A stretch of 63,987 bases of DNA, counting the filler, from Diploschistes diacapsis (taxonomy: Eukaryota): NCBI GenBank assembly GCA_023645945.1. It is 13 parts of 13 records of this genome, joined end to end, with 100 filler letters (N's around TTAATTAATTAA, not from the genome) between each part and the next. Parts side by side here need not be neighbours in the genome. Positions count along the whole stretch, not along the records: positions 22,609 to 25,730 come from JALAIB010001999.1; positions 25,831 to 51,615 come from JALAIB010000200.1; 11 more parts are not named here. The stretch is one strand, 5' to 3'. Numbering within the stretch: position 1 is the first letter of the stretch; every line of letters begins with the position of its first letter. This document shows, piece after piece, positions 24,035-36,895 of the stretch. The notes beneath the pieces are model-generated. The model was not told the origin of the DNA, ran no database searches, and worked only from the letters and a program-made list of their open reading frames with translations. The position numbers were made by a program, and so were the translations under genes.

Positions 24035-24640
24035 TGTAACGCCCAAAGGTGCGCCCTGGGGTTCAGGTCCCCCTACTACCACAGCCACGCACCTACATAT
24101 AGTGTAATAGGGAAACAGTGCTTCGGGATTCCTGAAAGCATAATATTAATCTTTTAATTTAATAAAATAGCGTTACTTTATTAAACATGACCCCCGTTAT
24201 TATAGTTATACTTTTATTTCTTAGGTCGTTAGTTCGAGCACGAGATTAATTATCTATATAATCGAATTTATTACGTTACGATTAAACGTGTTACTTTACG
24301 GGGTTGACGTTATATAAGAATATGCGGTTAGTTTTAGATACGGCTGAATAATCTTGCTTTTAAGTTTATAACGTAGATGTTAGAAACGATTTAGGGTATT
24401 TAATATATTCGGAGCGTTATATGAGACGTGATAAGTGCTAAGAGTTAGCATTATAGGGAGGGGAGATAGTTGTAACGTTTAAAGGTGCGCCTTGGGGTTC
24501 AGGTCCCCCTGCTGCCACAGCCACGTACCTATATATAGTGTAACAGGGAAACAGTACTTCGGGGTTCCTGAAAGCATTGTGTTAGTCTTTTAGCTCAGTG
24601 GGATAGCGCTACCCTATTAGGCACTACCCCCGCTGTTACA
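24035..24640 (+). mobile_element. TRIM-like miniature LTR retroelement: two 170-bp LTRs and a 266-bp non-coding interior
   Basis: Direct repeats 24035-24204 and 24471-24640 (TGTAAC...GTTACA) differ almost only by C/T and G/A transitions. Polypurine tract AGGGAGGGGAGATAGT lies just before the second copy. No TSD evident. Confidence 0.8.
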
Positions 24641-25302
24641 GTACATTTAATATCTAAAAAAAAGCGATATATCTTACCGTTAATTTTTAATTTTATAAAT
24701 ACGATCGCATATCTATAATTTTAAATCCCAAACCCGGGCTTTAATTAGGTTTCGCGTCGGATTTAATGATAGTATCGATATGATAATATAATTCTATTAA
24801 CGTCGGCGAGATAATAATAAAAATCAATCTCGGCGAAACGTTAGTAGTTACCGGCGAAACGCCGTTAGGGTTCGAGAAAATCGCAGAATTAGGATCGGTA
24901 GGATCCTTGGTAGTAATGGTGTTCGGCGAGGATGTCATTTTTTTAGCATTTCTTAAATACTTAAGCTTTATTTTCTGATCTTAGTATTTATCTGTTATAA
25001 GATGTATATGTAATTTAGTCTTAAACGGCCAAATCTTATTATAATTCTTGCACGTGACTTCTGTCTCTAGCTTTAGATCAGATCAACCAACGTTCACGTT
25101 ATAAAAATCTTGATTATCGTCAGGCGGCGTGGCAGGTTCGTTAGCATCAAGAGCTTGTTACTTTAATGCTTCCTTATTAACGAATTATTAATAATAAATA
25201 GCTCTTTCCTAATTGTTTTAAAAATAGCTTCCTACTAGCTCTTCTAAAGATGTCCCGGATCTATTTATGTCTTCTTCGTTATTATTTATCTTAACGTTAT
25301 AT

Positions 25303-25730
25303 TAGGCTGGCCGTCACTGATACTAACACGGCCGTGTCAGTGTTTTGGATTTTTTAACTGCGGTGTCCGTGTCCGTGGATTCACGGAAGTGCAGTGTCCG
25401 TGTCAGTATCAGTGTTTTAAATTTTTTAATTATAGTGTCCGTGTCCGTGCTTTCACTGCAGTGCAGTGTCCGTGTCAGTGTCCGTGCCGAGAAATTTTTT
25501 ATTGCGGTATTCGTGTCCGTACATTTATCGAAACACTTTTAAATATTTTTTTAATTTTAATAATTCTGGAATTATCACGCCTATTTCTTACGCTTTTATT
25601 TTTTTAAAAAAATATCACTGCGATATTTCGGTAGATTTATCGTAATATTACGATGGATTTACGGAAATGTAATGTCCGTGTTAATATTAATATTTTAAAA
25701 TTTTTAATTGCGATATCCGTGTCCGTGCTT
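25303..25730 (+). mobile_element. End of the hAT-like element with GTGTCC subterminal arrays (second copy)
   Basis: TAGGCTGGCCGTCACTGA terminus followed by many GTGTCCGTG/GTGTCAGT units. Homologous to 1-294. Confidence 0.65.
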
Positions 25731-25930
25731 NNNNNNNNNNNNNNNNNNNNNNNNNNNNNNNNNNNNNNNNNNNNTTAATTAATTAANNNNNNNNNNNNNN
25801 NNNNNNNNNNNNNNNNNNNNNNNNNNNNNNCTCTCAAGCAGATGGTCCATCCATCACAAGCGCACACGACAGAGTACCGAGTACCGAGCGAAGGATAATA
25901 ACCCGAGTTTTGCCCCAATCCCCTGCTGAT

Positions 25931-27796
25931 TCAACCACGCACAACAGCCCCCTTCATCTCCTCCACGCAAGTTCCCACCAACCTCACAACCTCCATCGCG
26001 CACCCGTAGCTGCTCTGGTACCCGAACCCGCCGTGTCCGTAGTTGTGCACGACCCACACTCCCTTCTCTTCTTCCCTTTCCCCTTCCCCTGTCCCCGCCA
26101 CACCCACGAGCTCCCTCTCCAACCGCACGCCCCCCTCGCGGCACGGCCGCAGCCCGACGCCGTGCCTGACGACGCTCAGCCTCGCCGCCATGTCCGCCCC
26201 GGACTCGCCGCCGCCGCCGACAACGAGCTCCGGCACGAGCTCCACGCAGCGCTTCATGATGCGCACGGCCAGGTTCGGGTCCACGTCCGCGGCCCAGTTG
26301 TGCGGCTGGGCGCAGCCGCCGAGGATGGTGCCGCCGCCTAAAAGGGGGTCGAGGACGTGGGTGTTAGTGAGGATGATGCGATGCTGTTTTTTTTTTTTTT
26401 TTTTACTTTTGGGGAAGGGTGCTCTAGGGGTGTTTCGAGTGCGGTTTGTGTGTATCTACCCAGAGCGGGCAAGAAAGTCACGGGCGTCTAACCCCCTACC
26501 CCACGTTTTTCTCTTCTCCCAAGCATAGAAGTACAGGTTGATCGGGTGAGAGCGGGGACATAAGAACGTACCTGCCGCCCTCTGCATGACATAGCACGCC
26601 TCCTCCTCCCCGTCGTCCGTGCCGGACGTGCACGCCATGAACGGAGCCTCGTTCCGCACCAGCACGATCTGGCCCCTGGCCGGATACACGGCGCTGTCCC
26701 GCACCCCGCCTAATTTCCCGGAGCCAAGGCCCGTGCAGTTGATCACCACGTCCGCCCTCCCGCTCTCACTCCCCTTCCCATTGACGCTCACATCCCTCTG
26801 CTGCTGGGGGAGAGGAACGGTACCGCCTGAGCTGGCGGCCGCACGCACGCCCTTGTCCACGGCCGCGTGGGAGGCCGGGCTGGTGGCAGGGGGGTGCTCC
26901 TGGAAGAGAGCCGCGGCGTCGGAGATGTGGCTGACTGCACCGCGTTTGATCAGCACTCCCGCGGCCAGACAGCGGGAGAGGAGGTAGGGGAGGTAGAGCG
27001 CCGTGTTGATGCAGACGCTCGTGAAGGCTGTGCCGCGGTCGTGGGCGCGGAGCTCGTGCCGCTCCAGGAGCCGGAACTGTGGGCTAGATGATCAGCGGCT
27101 GGGGCTTCGCAGATGGTGATGGTGTGAGGAATGGTAAGAAGGAGGGGAGGGGGCGATCACGTTGGGCACGAGCTCCTTGAACCACGCGTTCGGGTTCTGT
27201 GGCTCGGCTTGCCATTTGGCGATGGGCCCGTTGTCGGAGGAGCGGGAGAAGTTGCGCGCTTCTGCTCCGCTGTTAGCGGCTGTGCTGCCTATTCCGCACT
27301 GTGTCCTTTGCTTTCGAAGCATTTCGGTGGAAAGCGCTTGCTGTGGAAGAGTAGACCAAGGGGTCCCCGACCTTGGAAGTGCACGCCTGCGCCGGGCTCC
27401 TCGGTGGCAAGACGCCGGAGCTCGGGCCAGGTGTCGCGGTCGTGCTGGGCAGCGGCTGTGTTGGGGGCTGACACGCTGGAATTTGGTTAGTTGGAAGACG
27501 TGGTAAGATGGGGAGGATATTAGGGGTGCGGGCAAGGAGGGTGAGAGTGAGGTGAACGTAGCGGACCTACGGCAGATAATTTGCTCCAGCCCACGGCGAT
27601 GCATATTCAATAGTATCATAATCGCCTGGCATATGCTTCGCCACGACTGTAATCTTGTAGCGCGGGTGCTTGGAGAGGAGGAGGGCGGAGGTCAAGCCGG
27701 AGACGCCGGCGCTGAGGAGATGGTCAGCTCTCTGGGAACCATAGACGTTTATTTAAGGGTTACGAACCCTACGATTACTATGCGTGTCTCTGCCAT
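25931..27796 (-). CDS. DAO1: D-amino-acid oxidase, multi-exon
   Basis: [127 protein letters not shown]. Confidence 0.93.
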
Positions 27797-28891
27797 GGGT
27801 AAAGTAATGCCTTGACTTTGGGGCTCAAGGATTGAGGGAATGTTAAACACTTTGTAGTGAGAGGTACCGGCGGAGACGGGTAAGCTTGGAGATATCTCCT
27901 GATACCTTGACAATTACCGTTCCTAGTATCGATATCGAAGACTACAAGATCCTTCTACTGGTTGTAAAAATAATGAGACATCCAACATACGGAGCAGTGC
28001 CTTCGCCATTAATAGTCCCTAGGTAGAAATATCACCTTCGCTTCAGCACCCTCCTGCTCATCTCAACCATGTATGAGCTACCCATTCACTAGGCCAGCAC
28101 TGGTCCGTAAAGCACTCATCTGCGTCCCTTCCGCAACGCAACTGTGTTCAGTAGCCCGTCGAAAACTAGAGGTGAAGGCGGAGCCACTGCTACCGGTGAA
28201 GCGCTCACGGAACAGCGCAGTCAGGATAGTGTTCAACTCCAGCCTCTTATGATAGTCTGTAACTTCTCGTAAAGGCTCCTATGGAGCTCAATACCATCTC
28301 TCCACCTTCTCGCCTTTCTCACTTCATTAATCTATCTTCGTGCATCGCCATTATCATAGCTTTCGCATGCCGAGCTCGATAGCTTCGCCCTCCTTTTCAA
28401 TTGTATTTCGGTGCTTTCGTTGTAGGTCAAACTGCACTGCACCTTCTGCTCTCACCTTACTGACGACGAAATCAGCATCAAAGTGCTTGTGCAGCTTCGT
28501 AGCTCACGAAGCTATCACTACACGCAGTCATCACCCGTCAACCTGTAAGTTGTAGTCTTCTATTCCCTCTTACGGCAGCTGTCGTGGCACTCCCGCTAGT
28601 TCTTGCTTGGCGGTTCAAGCGCCATCGATCCGGTGGCTTTACCGAGCCAGTCACGTTGTCGCAATGACGCACTGATCCTCTTGTTCGAGGAGCGTAAGAG
28701 CTTAAGCTCGGGCTTTCCAGTCTGGTTCTAAAGTTGTCGCGCTTATGTGCACAAGGTCGGGAGCCATTGAGCTCCTCGACTTCAAACATATATCTATAGC
28801 TATGCAGGGCGAGGAAGAGGAGATGCTAACTTTGTATCCCAAAATGCAGTACCTCACGCCTACTGCCCTTTCGCTGCGGCCAAAGGACAAG

Positions 28892-30401
28892 ATGCCACGA
28901 GGACAGAGGACCGCCCAGAAATCCGCCGGCGAGTTTCCCAAGCTTCAACAGCAAGGGCTCTACGCCTACAAGACTAGGGCGAACGGTATGCGCATTCATT
29001 GTGTCTACAAGCTCATCACAGTGTCCCGTATAGGCTTCGTTGACATTGAGAGCACTAATTCGTCCAACAGGCAACTGCCTGTTCAATGCCTTGGCGGACC
29101 AGCTTTTTGGCGATGACACCCGTCATGCCGAACTGCGCAACCGGACGGTCGACTATATCCGCCAGCACAAGGAGTTTTACATGGACTTCCTTGCCACGAT
29201 CGGCAACGAACGCCGTTCTAAGCGGAAGAACGCTGGCGGCTCGCGCGGCCCTGTCAACCATGGCATGCCAACCCAAGAGGCCCGCTCGACCGAGCTCGAC
29301 CGACACATAGCCAGCATGGGCAGAGGCGGCACCTGGGGGGACCATCTCGAGGTTGCCGCCTTTGCGTCCGCCTATGGTGTCAACGTCCGGGTCCATCACG
29401 AGCGGGACGGCACGGCACTGCTGAACGGCGGAAGTGAAGATGCGGAAGATCGGCCTTTGGTGCAGATATTCTACCACTCATCGTGGGAGCATTTCTCTTC
29501 CGTGCGAAAGCTCAAGGTACCGCACGTGGGTGCCTTTGACAGCAGCAATCCCTCCGTTCCCTCGGCCGAGGCCGCCCCTTCTTCCCCTCCTCCCTCATCT
29601 CCTCGTAACCCCGGTCGCTCTCCTACGCCTGGCTCGGAATCCATTGGCCGCGATGACGACGATGCCGACGACTTCGAGCCCACCAATGCCAAGAAGTCCC
29701 GTCCGTCTGCTCCCGCCGAAGGCCGGACCGTCAAGAAGCCAATCTCACTCAAGAGCAAGGGCACCGGCGCCAAGAAGGGCCAGGCAGCGGCCAAACCCCT
29801 CTCCTCCTCGCCTCTCGCCACCACCACCACGCCTCCGCCCCCCTGCTCCACACCTCCATCCACCGCTGCCGACACCGCCAACACCACCGTAGCAACCGGA
29901 ACCCCCGCGACCGCCATCGACTCCGATGTCGACGACTCTTCCGCCCTCGATCTCCTCGTCGCCAAGCCACGCACCTCCTCCTCCTCTTCTGCCCCGATCG
30001 GCCGCCAATCCCGCCGTCGCTCTTCCACCGTCAAGGCTAACGCCAAGAAGAGCGGCGGTTCCGGTTCGGGAACAGAGTGGAGCGCAGGCGAAGAGAGCAG
30101 GGTCAGCAAGAATCGGGGGAAGAAAGGGAAGTCAATGGCGAAGCCGGTTGGCCCGAAAGCAGCTGTAGCTTCTGCCGCTCCTTCTGTGTCACAAGGGGGG
30201 AAGGGAAAGGCAAAGGGGAGGTTGGTGAAGAGGAAGGAGTTGGAGGGGAAAGTAGAGGAGAAGGAGGAGGTGAAGAAGGTGGAGGACGATGATGAGGAGG
30301 TGAAGGTGGAGAAGAAGAAGGCGGAGGAGGGGGAAGAGAGGAAGGTGGCGGTGTTGAAGGGGGAAAAGGGGAAGAAGAAGAAGAAGAAAGAGGAGGAGTA
30401 A
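28892..30401 (+). CDS. OTU-domain cysteine protease (deubiquitinase) with long low-complexity Ser/Pro and Lys/Glu tail
   Basis: ANG|NCLFNALADQL (catalytic Cys), TWGDHLEVAAFASAY and YHSSWEHFSSVR (catalytic His). Intron at about 28986-29069. The start could be upstream (28802). Confidence 0.85.
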
Positions 30402-33400
30402 AGCCGTCCTCTCTCTGCCGCGGTTGCCCCCAAGGACGCTTCTTCGGAAGTTGGTCTGGATAGCGGTGCCCGGCCATTCCTCTGCATTGTTAAGCATTGT
30501 AATGCGGAAAAGGTGGTGGTCAACACAGATCAAGCCTGAGTACGGGGAAGGAGCGATGCCTCGGAAAAGTGGTGGTCGCCATAGATCAAGCCGAGTACGG
30601 ACCTCGCAGCGGTTTATTGTATTATGGTGTGGTGGCTAGTCCTTGTGTTTTGCTCCTGTTGTTGGCTTAGGCAAAGGAGGAGTGGAGGGAATAACGGCGG
30701 TTGTTGTGCGGTATTGGGTTCTGTTTGGCTACTGTTGTTGGGGGCTGTTGGGTCCGTTTTCGCCTGGTCGCTGTTGCTCTGGCTCAGGTCCGATTTCTTG
30801 TCAAGCTACGCGCTCGGCTGTTCTCGCTTGGTTGTTTGCTCGGTCTTTTCCTTGAGCACCTCCCTGGCTAGCACAGCATGCCGCCATCCTTCTCTTCATA
30901 CCGCCGTCGCAAGTTGCAACTACGAATACCGTAACGACCACCAATCCTTTTAGGTTGTGCTTTGAGGTCTCGCTTCTCCTGCGTCATTGTCGCCTGCTCC
31001 CATCGCCATCAATTACAGCTATCCGCGCCAGATCGACATCGGAATCTCTCTTACTCCTCCTTCTCGGCGCATCCCTCGCTTATCATGAGACGCAGCTCTC
31101 GCGCGGCAATTACCTTAAGTCTTTCGGCTATTATTCCGAGTTCTCGCTCACGCTGCCTCCGTTGCGCTTGTCTAGGGCACCATAGCTCGCAGGCCTAGAA
31201 GCTAACCATCTTGGAGACCTTTCGCCTTCTATTTCGGGTTTCCGCTTCCGCTTGCTCTTTGACGTCTTAAGTTCGCTCCGTTACCGCCGCTGCCGCCGCC
31301 ACGATGTCTTCGCGTACGCTTACGACTTCCGCTCATGCTGTTGGCTGATACTATTTTCTCGGCGCATCCACACAGCCACATAGAGCACGAAGCATGCTCT
31401 CATTTATCCTTGACACTTGGTTATGGGACCGCAGCTTTCGATCAGGATGCCTAGGAGCTTGTGTCTTCTGTGTTCTCCGGTTGTGTTTCAGGTTCACCTA
31501 CTGCTCCTAGGAACTCCTTTTCAGCAGCAAAGCGGGATTGAAGATCCCCCCTTCGCCTCACTCCCGTCTGATTGCTCGTCTCTTTCTTCGACCGTCGCGA
31601 CATACGACTCGCAGCTAGGAAACGGCTTCGAGCGCTTCCTCGTTTACGATCCGAACTCCTGCTTCCTGGTTCCTACCCTAAGCTCTCGCTTGCCCTTCCT
31701 CTCAAGGATCAGCTCTCGTCCAATCAGGATTGCAATTCTCTGCATCGTGCAGGATCTGGCACTCCTCTCGACCGCTACAGCCACTGCATCTAGCTTGTTT
31801 GCTGCGCTTACGGCTTCGAGTCCGCCTTCCGCTGGATGTAACCACTTAGTCCACACATGCAACGTTGAAGCGAGCGAACCCTTTTTCTCACCCCTGGGTC
31901 TTGTCTCCATGGGTGCATATCTCTACACATTCAGGCAGTGTCCTCAACTTTCTTCACTAACCCTACGACCGACCCTTTTCTGCCGCTTAGCGCATCTTTG
32001 TTAGGGACACGGCGGCGTCCGAGTCCTCCTGTACCCTACTATCACCTCGGAATCTTACCCCTATGGTTTGCGTCCGGACGTGCAACACCTTTGATTATCG
32101 GCATCATAGCCTTGGTTCACCCTTGACAGCCTTCACGAAGCTCTCGAAAAGGGCTTTTCCGGCTCGAAATTTTGGCCTTCAAAGCTTATTTGGGCGTTTT
32201 CCTAAAGCTTCCTTACATTGTTTCTGACGTCTTCTTGGCTTTGATTTGAAGCATAGCGATGCATAGCGCGGCACAGCATTGGCATCGAACGAGTTGAACG
32301 GCCTTCACCAGGACTCACTTGCATATAGATGGCAGAATGATATTGGATAGATGGAAAAATTCCACCGTTTGCGGTTGTACATAGACAGAGTTCTTACAGG
32401 AACGCGCTGTCCGAATCCTGGAAGCACTTCAATTGATCGCTTCACAACATATTCTATCCACAGATTCTTTCACATAGCCAGTCCCTAGCATTGCATCCTT
32501 CCGTCACCACAGCATAGCGTAGTAGCTCCTTAGCGTACAGTATGGCTCTACTTTTCTTCTCACGATAAAAAAAACAACACAGCTCTCGGGTTTTGTTTTC
32601 CTGCTCAACACTTTCCCAACTTTCGGCTCGTTATTGAGCTGAAAAGACTGCGTTCATTGAGGATAGATATACACAGTAACCGCACCCAAATTAATATTTG
32701 CACGAGAGCTTTTCGAGTAAACTGTTTATAATAGGTTTATGCGGGTTTGTCTCGGGAGCAGCACTACCTGCTCCGCTCACTTCTCCACATATAGTGTGCC
32801 TGCCCAAGTTAGTTTAGCTCATATCTAGCTCCCATAAGTAATTTGTATGTACGAGCCACACTGCGCCACAAGCGTACCCATCTCCCGACGCATCTACGTA
32901 GATCACCAAAAGTTGATTTTCGTAGCAAATGCGGATCAAATCCGCCTAGATAACTACGCAGGAGGCCAGTATAAAAATGCCGTAAAATATCAAAAACTGA
33001 TTAGATTAGGGCCTTGAAGCCCTCTGCGCCCCCCAATATGGCCCCCAAGAGAAGCAGTCACAACCCCCTATATCCAGCCCCTATTACCTCCTAGCTGCCT
33101 CCTCCTCCTCCGCCTCCAGGGCCTCTATACCCCCCGTCGTCGCCTCTGAAGGCATCGATACCGCCGCGGCAAGCCTCCCCGCCAACCAAAACCCTTCCCA
33201 GCACCGCCCCCCCTTCCGCCCGTACACAAGGGCAGCGGCGATGGTGGCGGCAAGGGCGGCGAGAGAGACGGAGGCGACGAGATCTGCAAAGGTGTTAGCA
33301 CAAGAAAAAAAAGAAAGAGGAGAAGAAGCAGGCGAGGGAGGAGAAAAGGAAGACAAAACATAAGACGCGCAAGGCAGGCAACCAGAAATAATACAATACA

Positions 33401-34088
33401 CATACAAACTTGTGTGGGATTTAACTTAACGTGTACGCAAAATAATTGTCAGCCCTACAGTGTTTGTATGGAGAGTGAGCGGAGCAGGTAGGGTTTATGT
33501 GAGTACTAACTATCCTTCTTCTGAGTTGGGAATTGGCGTTCCCAGAAGCGGCTTCGAAGAATATAGCTCGCTCATGTTCTCAAGCTCTCGTCAACTTTCC
33601 AGTGAATAGGTAGCAGAGAGGTCCCATAAACTTGAAGAGAATTTGGACCTACAGATACAGACGGTGGGGGTCTCGAGGTCCTTTGCTCGTGCAGGAAAGT
33701 GCAGGGGTAATCTCCTCGTGCATCGAAGGTTATTTTGTGGTGGGGAGGAGGTGGAGAAGGCACTCACAGGCCTTAATCGCGTAATGCTGCGCTGCGAGGG
33801 GTTGTATAGGACATACTCCTGCTGCTCTCCTTTGGCGAGTACGGGCATCGTGTGGTTGTGGTGTGGTTATACAAGGAAGCCATAAATATGTTCCCATGGC
33901 GATTTGCTACCCTGGCGGTTTACTTCTACTTTGTACCGGGGGCGTCGTTGTGTATACTCTCGTAGAGCAGGAGTCTAGCGGAAAGCCGAAACATCAAGAT
34001 CTTCTTCCAAAAGAGTGTCAAGCGAAAGGAATTGGAAGTCACCTCTTTACAATACCACTTGTCAAAGAAAATAATCATTCCAAATACC

Positions 34089-35111
34089 ATGTCTTCGCTT
34101 AAGAACATCGTGTTGATTGGCGTCAGTGCCAATCGATGCCTCTAGCGCCACCAGCCAACAATCAAGATATCAGGAAACCTAGGCAAGCTTGTCTTGAGGG
34201 CGTTGCATGCGGATTCCTCCTTCAATGTCACGGCGGTAACGTGCGAGAACTCCAAAGCAACCTTTCCGGAGGGAACCAAGGTTGCTCGCGTACCGGATCG
34301 CGTACCGGATGGCTATCCCGACGACACCATGAAGGATGTCTTTACGGGGCAGGATGCCGTCATCTTCGTCGTCGAGCATGCTGCTGCCCAACGCCAAAAG
34401 CCGCTCATCGACGTGGCCGCCGCGGCAGGAGTCAAGCGCTGGATTCCGACCGAGTTTGGCAGCAACTCGCGTAACGCTGGTGCTATCGAGGTTGTTCCCG
34501 GTGCTCTTCCACAAGGCTCGACTGAACGACCATCTGAAGAGAAAAGAGGCTGAAGGCTTGACATGGACCGCCATCGCCAATGGCCCGTCCTTTGACTTGT
34601 ATTCTTCTCTCGTCGTCTCCTTAAGAAAAGGTCCACTGACGTTGCAACACCTGCCTCACAACCGGCTTCATCGGCTTCAATCTGAAGACACACAAAGCGA
34701 CAATCTATGATTCCGGCGATGTCGCCTTCTCGACAAGCACCCGAGCCTTTGTTGGCGAGGCCATAGCCTCCGTGCTCAAGCGCCCGGGCCAGACAGCCAA
34801 CCAACAAGCATCTCTACATTTCCTCCTTCGAAACGACCCCCAACAAAATCCTGGCCTCACTGGAGAAGGCCATGGGTCGGAAGTCCGAGGTCGAGCATGT
34901 CAAGTCGGGCGATATGATCACCAAGGGCCGCGAGGAGCTGAAAGCAGGCAATATAATGGGTGGCATGGGCAAGCTGCTGCTCTCGTCCACTTTCAAGGGT
35001 GGTTTGGGCGCGAACTTTGCAAAGGAGGAGACTTTAGCCAATAGGATGCTAGGTTTGTAGCAGGAGGACCTTGATACCGTTTTGGGGCGTGTGCTCAAGA
35101 CAGGCGAGTGA
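34089..35111 (+). pseudogene. NmrA-like/isoflavone reductase family oxidoreductase, disrupted
   Basis: KNIVLIG|ISGNLG, LIDVAAAAGVKRWIPTEFG, LTWTAIANGP. Frameshift near 34498, 4-bp duplication near 34800, in-frame TAG near 35058 and a 12-bp RVPD duplication. Confidence 0.82.
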
Positions 35112-36181
35112 TCAGGTCTATAGGAACAGAAGCAAAGTGCATGGAGGGCGAAGCGGGGAGCTCCATGCTAAGAGGCACCGCATACTTGAATACTTAGCGG
35201 TCTCTACTAGCTTGTCATCCGTCTTTCACTGTTGAGAAAGGTATTTGTCGATCTTTAGCTATAACCCAATCGGAAATACACCTTTTCTCAGTGGCCGTTA
35301 CCTTGGTAAAGCAAGTAGCTACTTGCGAAAATTTCCCACAGTCAGATGCGCCCAACATTTCCATGGGCATGGATCCGTTCGTCTCAATATCTAAGAAGTA
35401 CAGGCTAAACTCTAATGGTGCTACGGTTATCTCAAGTTGCTTGCTTCAGTTCAGATTCTATTTTAGCGTTCGTGTCGGCTTCGCTAGCTCCGCGTCTTGA
35501 CAGGGATTGAGCTTCAGTTGCCTGTACAGGAGAAGAGACTAGTTACAGATAGGTTTGGTCGTCTCGGATTTCGGCCGCAGTTGAAGAGGATGATTAGGTT
35601 CGAAGCTTCATTGTCTGCAATACTTATCAGTTCAACTCTTCTAAATCATGAATTAAACACAAGGATTTGTTGGAGACGACATCACTGCGCTGCGGAAGTT
35701 CTTTGTAAACCACCAGGAGAATATATTTGATAATTTGTCTTGATTTCGACTGATTGGCGATATGGTCAAAATCAAACATAGAGGCACCCCGAGACCTACC
35801 TATTCACTACAAGTGGCATGCCACCTTTATTCCCAATCTCAATCGACATATCTTACCACACAGGTCACCTGCGGGTTGCATCCTTATTCGGTACTCATGA
35901 CATTGTAAAGCGGAAAAATTTGTAGAAGACTTGGACGAGCACAGATGTTTTGTTCGGTAGTGTATCACCACCTGGCGAACTATTATCTATGCAAGCCTAC
36001 AAGTTTTCGTTCATCAGACGCCTCGCCGCCAACGGACGCAAATTCCCTCGCACGAACATCAGTGTCTGTTCGGTAAGCGTTTCACCGCTTGGCGGACTTG
36101 ACCGATTAAGTATCTCACAAGCCACCTCTGTGCTTCCGACCACGGTCTTGAACCCCAGATATTTTGTGTAGACAGGCGAAT

Positions 36182-36895
<714 letters not shown>

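Noticed and set aside
25303..25730. CRISPR or telomeric array
   Set aside because: Eukaryotic context, irregular short units without unique spacers, and not TTAGGG-like.
29471..30533. 351-aa and other antisense ORFs over the OTU gene (likewise 7751-8434 over KIN28 and 43916-44701)
   Set aside because: Shadow ORFs of GC3-rich or low-complexity sense genes.
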